Shown here one piece after another: positions 48,267-50,777 of a stretch of DNA of 50,777 nt; within the stretch, counting starts at the first letter, position 1; the number at the start of each line of letters is the position of its first letter. Both the position numbers and the translations under genes were made by a program. Below the pieces are notes generated by a model. That model was not told the origin of the DNA and searched no databases. It saw nothing but the letters and a program-made list of their open reading frames with translations. Source of the stretch: Candidatus Nomurabacteria bacterium (GTDB taxonomy: Bacteria; Patescibacteriota; Minisyncoccia; Phycocordibacterales; UBA9973); assembly GCA_943357245.1 (NCBI GenBank), contig CALRGH010000002.1:1-50777 (forward strand). The letters are read 5' to 3'.

Positions 48267-48416
48267 GGATACAACTAGCTTCGCTGCATGATTTAAATAC
48301 TGCGTCGGGGTGCAGGGAATCGAACCCTGCCCTTCTGTTCCCAAAACAGATATACTACCGATATACTACACCCCGACGCAAAACTCAAAAATCATGTAGC
48401 GAAGCTAACTGTATCC
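48267..48416 (-). repeat. 28-bp inverted repeat enclosing tRNA-Pro
   Basis: Arms 48267-48294 and 48389-48416. As RNA: 25 Watson-Crick pairs, 2 G-U pairs and 1 mismatch. Confidence 0.8.
48305..48375 (-). tRNA. tRNA-Pro (anticodon UGG)
   Basis: 71-nt cloverleaf: acceptor CGGGGTG/CACCCCG, anticodon arm TCTGT-TTTGGGA-ACAGA, T arm CAGGG-TTCGATT-CCCTG. Confidence 0.85.
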
Positions 48417-48451
48417 CCAAAACAAGTATACTACCGATATACTACACTCCG
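48415..48451 (-). pseudogene. tRNA-Pro-like 5' half (acceptor 5' strand through anticodon loop), no matching 3' half
   Basis: CGGAGTGTAGTATATCGGTAGTATACTTGTTTTGGGG is 33/37 identical to the 5' part of the intact tRNA-Pro. No complementary anticodon-stem or acceptor 3' strand was found. Confidence 0.55.
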
Positions 48452-48560
48452 ATATCAATTCAAAAGTAAGATTATCGTAGCATTTTATTACCATATAAAC
48501 AAATAGCTCCCAAACAAATAACTTGTTAGGGAGCTAGATTTTGAGGTTTTATACCTCTCT

Positions 48561-48857
48561 TTAGTGTACATTACTACGAAGAGAATAGAAATCATCATTT
48601 TCAATAAAAGACGACTCGGAGGCTTTATCACGACTATCGTCGTCTATTTCAGCTTCCAGGGAAAAATCACCCTTTGCTAATTCATCTGAAAATTTTTCAT
48701 CTTCTGCTTTTCTGCGCCGTTTTGCGGTAGCAATTGCAGATCGTTTCATGTAAGACACTTCCTTTTGAGAAAAAGTGCTGTTTTTCTTGGGGTTTTGTGT
48801 TTTTTTCATAAAAGAGCTTTTATAACCCCATAGTACTACGATTATTTTCCTTGTCAA
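48561..48857 (-). CDS. Hypothetical basic/acidic small protein
   Basis: 98-aa ORF abutting the yraN-like stop codon; start uncertain. Confidence 0.4.
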   Translation of the reverse strand: MTRKIIVVLWGYKSSFMKKTQNPKKNSTFSQKEVSYMKRSAIATAKRRRKAEDEKFSDELAKGDFSLEAEIDDDSRDKASESSFIENDDFYSLRSNVH

Positions 48858-49268
48858 TCAAACATTCTCAATTCTGGTGACTTTGGCATTTTTGGTGTCT
48901 GGATCAAAATACACACATAAAAGGTCGATTTGCCAATACTGCGCCTTTGTTGGGTGTTCAATGCGGTAAATCTCGACAGCCCGATACAGACGTGCAAGTT
49001 TTTTATCATGCATATTCTCCTCTGGTCGAATCCCAGTGATTGTCCGTGTTACACGTGAAATGTTTTCACGTGTAACTGTTGTGGTTACTGCTTTCACTTC
49101 AAAAAAGTACAACTTGCCATCTTTTTCTCCGATAATGTCTATCTCCCCTGCTTTTACCGTATAATTTCGATCAATAATCTTAAACCCTTGCCGTTCCAGG
49201 TAAAAAACAGCGATATTCTCCCCTGTTTCGCCTCTTTTTTGAGTTTTGGAGGTAAATACTTTGGGCAT
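48858..49268 (-). CDS. YraN-family (UPF0102) endonuclease-like protein
   Basis: 136 aa; GE..A..YLE..G..I..RN.....GEIDII......L.F.EVK pattern. Contains an insertion encoded by a 29-bp palindrome. Confidence 0.7.
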   Translation of the reverse strand: MPKVFTSKTQKRGETGENIAVFYLERQGFKIIDRNYTVKAGEIDIIGEKDGKLYFFEVKAVTTTVTRENISRVTRTITGIRPEENMHDKKLARLYRAVEIYRIEHPTKAQYWQIDLLCVYFDPDTKNAKVTRIENV

Positions 49269-49404
49269 ATGCGCAAATGTTACATGTGTAACATGTATTT
49301 TATCATTACTTGCTCATTATATCTACAATGCGAGATAAGTTCCACGTGTAACACCTTTTAACTGAATTACAAACGATTTAGGTTGCTTTTTCCTTTTAAA
49401 CGTA

Positions 49405-49502
49405 AGAAAACCCTTATTTAAAGACATTGCGAGGCTCGACTGGAGGGAGCACTAGGAATTTTCTAGCAGGAAAATATCCGTGTCTTTAAATAAGGGTTTT
49501 CT
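49405..49502. repeat. Perfect 22-bp inverted repeat with a 54-nt spacer
   Basis: AGAAAACCCTTATTTAAAGACA (49405-49426) / TGTCTTTAAATAAGGGTTTTCT (49481-49502). Confidence 0.85.
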
Positions 49503-49636
49503 GGAGTACTTGTTACATGTGTAACCTATAAAAGTGTGCCACGTGAAACGTTTTACTATTTAAAGGACAGCGAAAGTGTTATTTAATACTGTCTTTTATA
49601 AAAAACCCTTATTTTTCAACATTTTTTGTATTTTTT

Positions 49637-49667
49637 CCTACTTACTACTATCTACTAACTACTTACT
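49637..49667 (+). repeat. Family B leader repeat, third copy
   Basis: CCTACTTACTACTATCTACTAACTACTTACT, 22 nt upstream of a 37-codon ORF (49689-49802). Confidence 0.7.
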
Positions 49668-49878
49668 TGCTCGTGTCCTTTATAAACAATGTGCACCTAC
49701 TTATCCACATATTCACAAAATAACCATATTTTCAAACAAAAAGTTCTAAAGGACATTACACGAAATATACTCCTAAAGGACACGGCTATCTGTTACACGT
49801 GAAATGGAGATCTCTTTTATGTCCTTTATAAAAAGAAAAATCCCCGATGAGGGAATTTTTCTTTTGGATCTTTCTTTG

Positions 49879-49949
49879 TGCGGGTAGGGGTAATCGAAAC
49901 CCCGCTTCATTCTTGGCAAGAACGTGTTCTACCACTAAACCATACCCGC
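49879..49949 (-). tRNA. tRNA-Gly (anticodon GCC)
   Basis: 71-nt cloverleaf: GCGGGTA/TACCCGC, CGTTC-TTGCCAA-GAATG, GGGGT-TTCGATT-ACCCC. Confidence 0.85.
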
Positions 49950-49957
49950 GTAAATTG

Positions 49958-50614
49958 TCAACTAAACTCATCAGCGCAAAGCTCAAGCCATCGCATTAAT
50001 TTCTTTTTCAATACTGTACTGGATAGTATACTCATTCCTACACCAAATTGCAATTTCCTTTTCGTTTCTTTCCCTTGGATAACCTGTGTCTTGTGAAAAT
50101 TATCTCTTGAAATTCTTACCTCTTTTGACCACCGTTCCTCGCATGTATTAATGTCATTATCGGGATATACAATGAGCCCAAATTTGATATTTTCCCTTGT
50201 TTTTCCAAGGTATTTCTCGACAAAAGTAATAAAAACATTATGCAAATAAAAGTCAGTGTTACTGATTCTAATTAAGTGTCTATTTCGTTTGTCTCCTTCA
50301 CCTGCATAAACCATCAAACCCGCCATAAAATATGGCTCATTTTTGAAAATTAACCACTCTTCCTCTGCTTCTTTAATTGCTTTTTCATATTTTGAATCAA
50401 GTAATTTCATTCGAGCAATATGCATCCTTTCAAGTTGAACCTTATTTGCGGTGCTATTTTCATCTCGATTAACGGTTTTAATATGACTCGACCACTCTAT
50501 ATTGCGAAACCATGCGGAAAGAGTACTGCGCGATATACCAGTTGCTTGCTGAATAGTTCTATATGATTTACCTTGCTTTCTCAATTCAAATACAATATTT
50601 TTATCTTTTCTCAT
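49958..50614 (-). CDS. HTH + LAGLIDADG-like domain protein (possible free-standing homing-endonuclease relative)
   Basis: N-terminal HTH (GKSYRTIQQATGISRSTLSAW). Central FMAGLMVYAGEGDK resembles a LAGLIDADG motif. Lies between tRNA genes. Confidence 0.45.
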   Translation of the reverse strand: MRKDKNIVFELRKQGKSYRTIQQATGISRSTLSAWFRNIEWSSHIKTVNRDENSTANKVQLERMHIARMKLLDSKYEKAIKEAEEEWLIFKNEPYFMAGLMVYAGEGDKRNRHLIRISNTDFYLHNVFITFVEKYLGKTRENIKFGLIVYPDNDINTCEERWSKEVRISRDNFHKTQVIQGKETKRKLQFGVGMSILSSTVLKKKLMRWLELCADEFS

Positions 50615-50704
50615 ATTAGTACTATACAAGTATAAAACGCTGGTTCGATTTACACAAGAGTGCTTTTGTGTGTATAATTAAGCCTATTACTAACGTAATC
50701 AAAC

Positions 50705-50776
50705 GCACCCGTAGTGAAACGGATATCACGACTGTCTTCGGAACAGTTAATGCAGGTTCGAGTCCTGCCGGGTGCA
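50705..50776 (+). tRNA. tRNA-Arg (anticodon UCG)
   Basis: 72-nt cloverleaf: GCACCCG/CGGGTGC, ACTGT-CTTCGGA-ACAGT, GCAGG-TTCGAGT-CCTGC. Ends 1 nt before the window edge. Confidence 0.8.
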
Positions 50777-50777
50777 C

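Noticed and set aside
48024-48344. 106-aa ORF on the minus strand
   Set aside because: It overlaps the tRNA-Pro gene and GC-rich hairpins and has an implausible composition. Most likely a spurious ORF over structured RNA.
49701-49709. Calling oriC from the perfect DnaA box TTATCCACA
   Set aside because: There is only one perfect box, plus a few 2-mismatch candidates. No dnaA or dnaN lies nearby, and skew cannot be computed here. It is kept only as one hypothesis within the motif-dense-region finding.

Overview
AT-rich bacterial window read under the standard code (11). By inference it comes from a small-genome Patescibacteria/CPR (Parcubacteria-like) organism. The backbone is housekeeping. 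The str/S10 ribosomal cluster lies on the minus strand (rpsL-rpsG ... fusA ... tuf-rpsJ-rplC-rplD-rplW) and is unusually broken up by ORFans and a sigma-70 gene. Other housekeeping genes are rpmB, sod, a split ComEC, rnhA, recJ, a HIT gene, tpiA-pgk, nusA, ppa, tig, clpP, rny, hup, mscL and four tRNAs plus one tRNA fragment. The main find is a ~4.5 kb accessory island (about 22.9-27.4 kb) between tpiA and a type IV pilus operon. It holds a complete diversity-generating retroelement (DGR): a reverse transcriptase, an oppositely oriented and overlapping Avd, a 131-bp template repeat (TR), and a variable repeat (VR) at the 3' end of a 621-aa target gene. TR and VR differ only at TR adenines. The island is bracketed by three copies of a 21-nt REP-like hairpin, and next to it sits an IS200/RAYT-type HUH tyrosine transposase. 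A (CT)15 microsatellite lies exactly in the avd/RT head-to-head overlap. Downstream is a long minus-strand operon: a 1027-aa secreted Cys-rich protein, two small secreted paralogs, pilB, pilC, three prepilins and a PilX-like giant. Intergenic DNA carries several families of low-complexity word repeats and hairpins. There is also a tRNA-Pro nested inside a 28-bp inverted repeat beside a tRNA-Pro 5' fragment, and a 600-bp motif-dense non-coding region. All coordinates, motif calls and mismatch counts were made by eye and by hand and should be recomputed.
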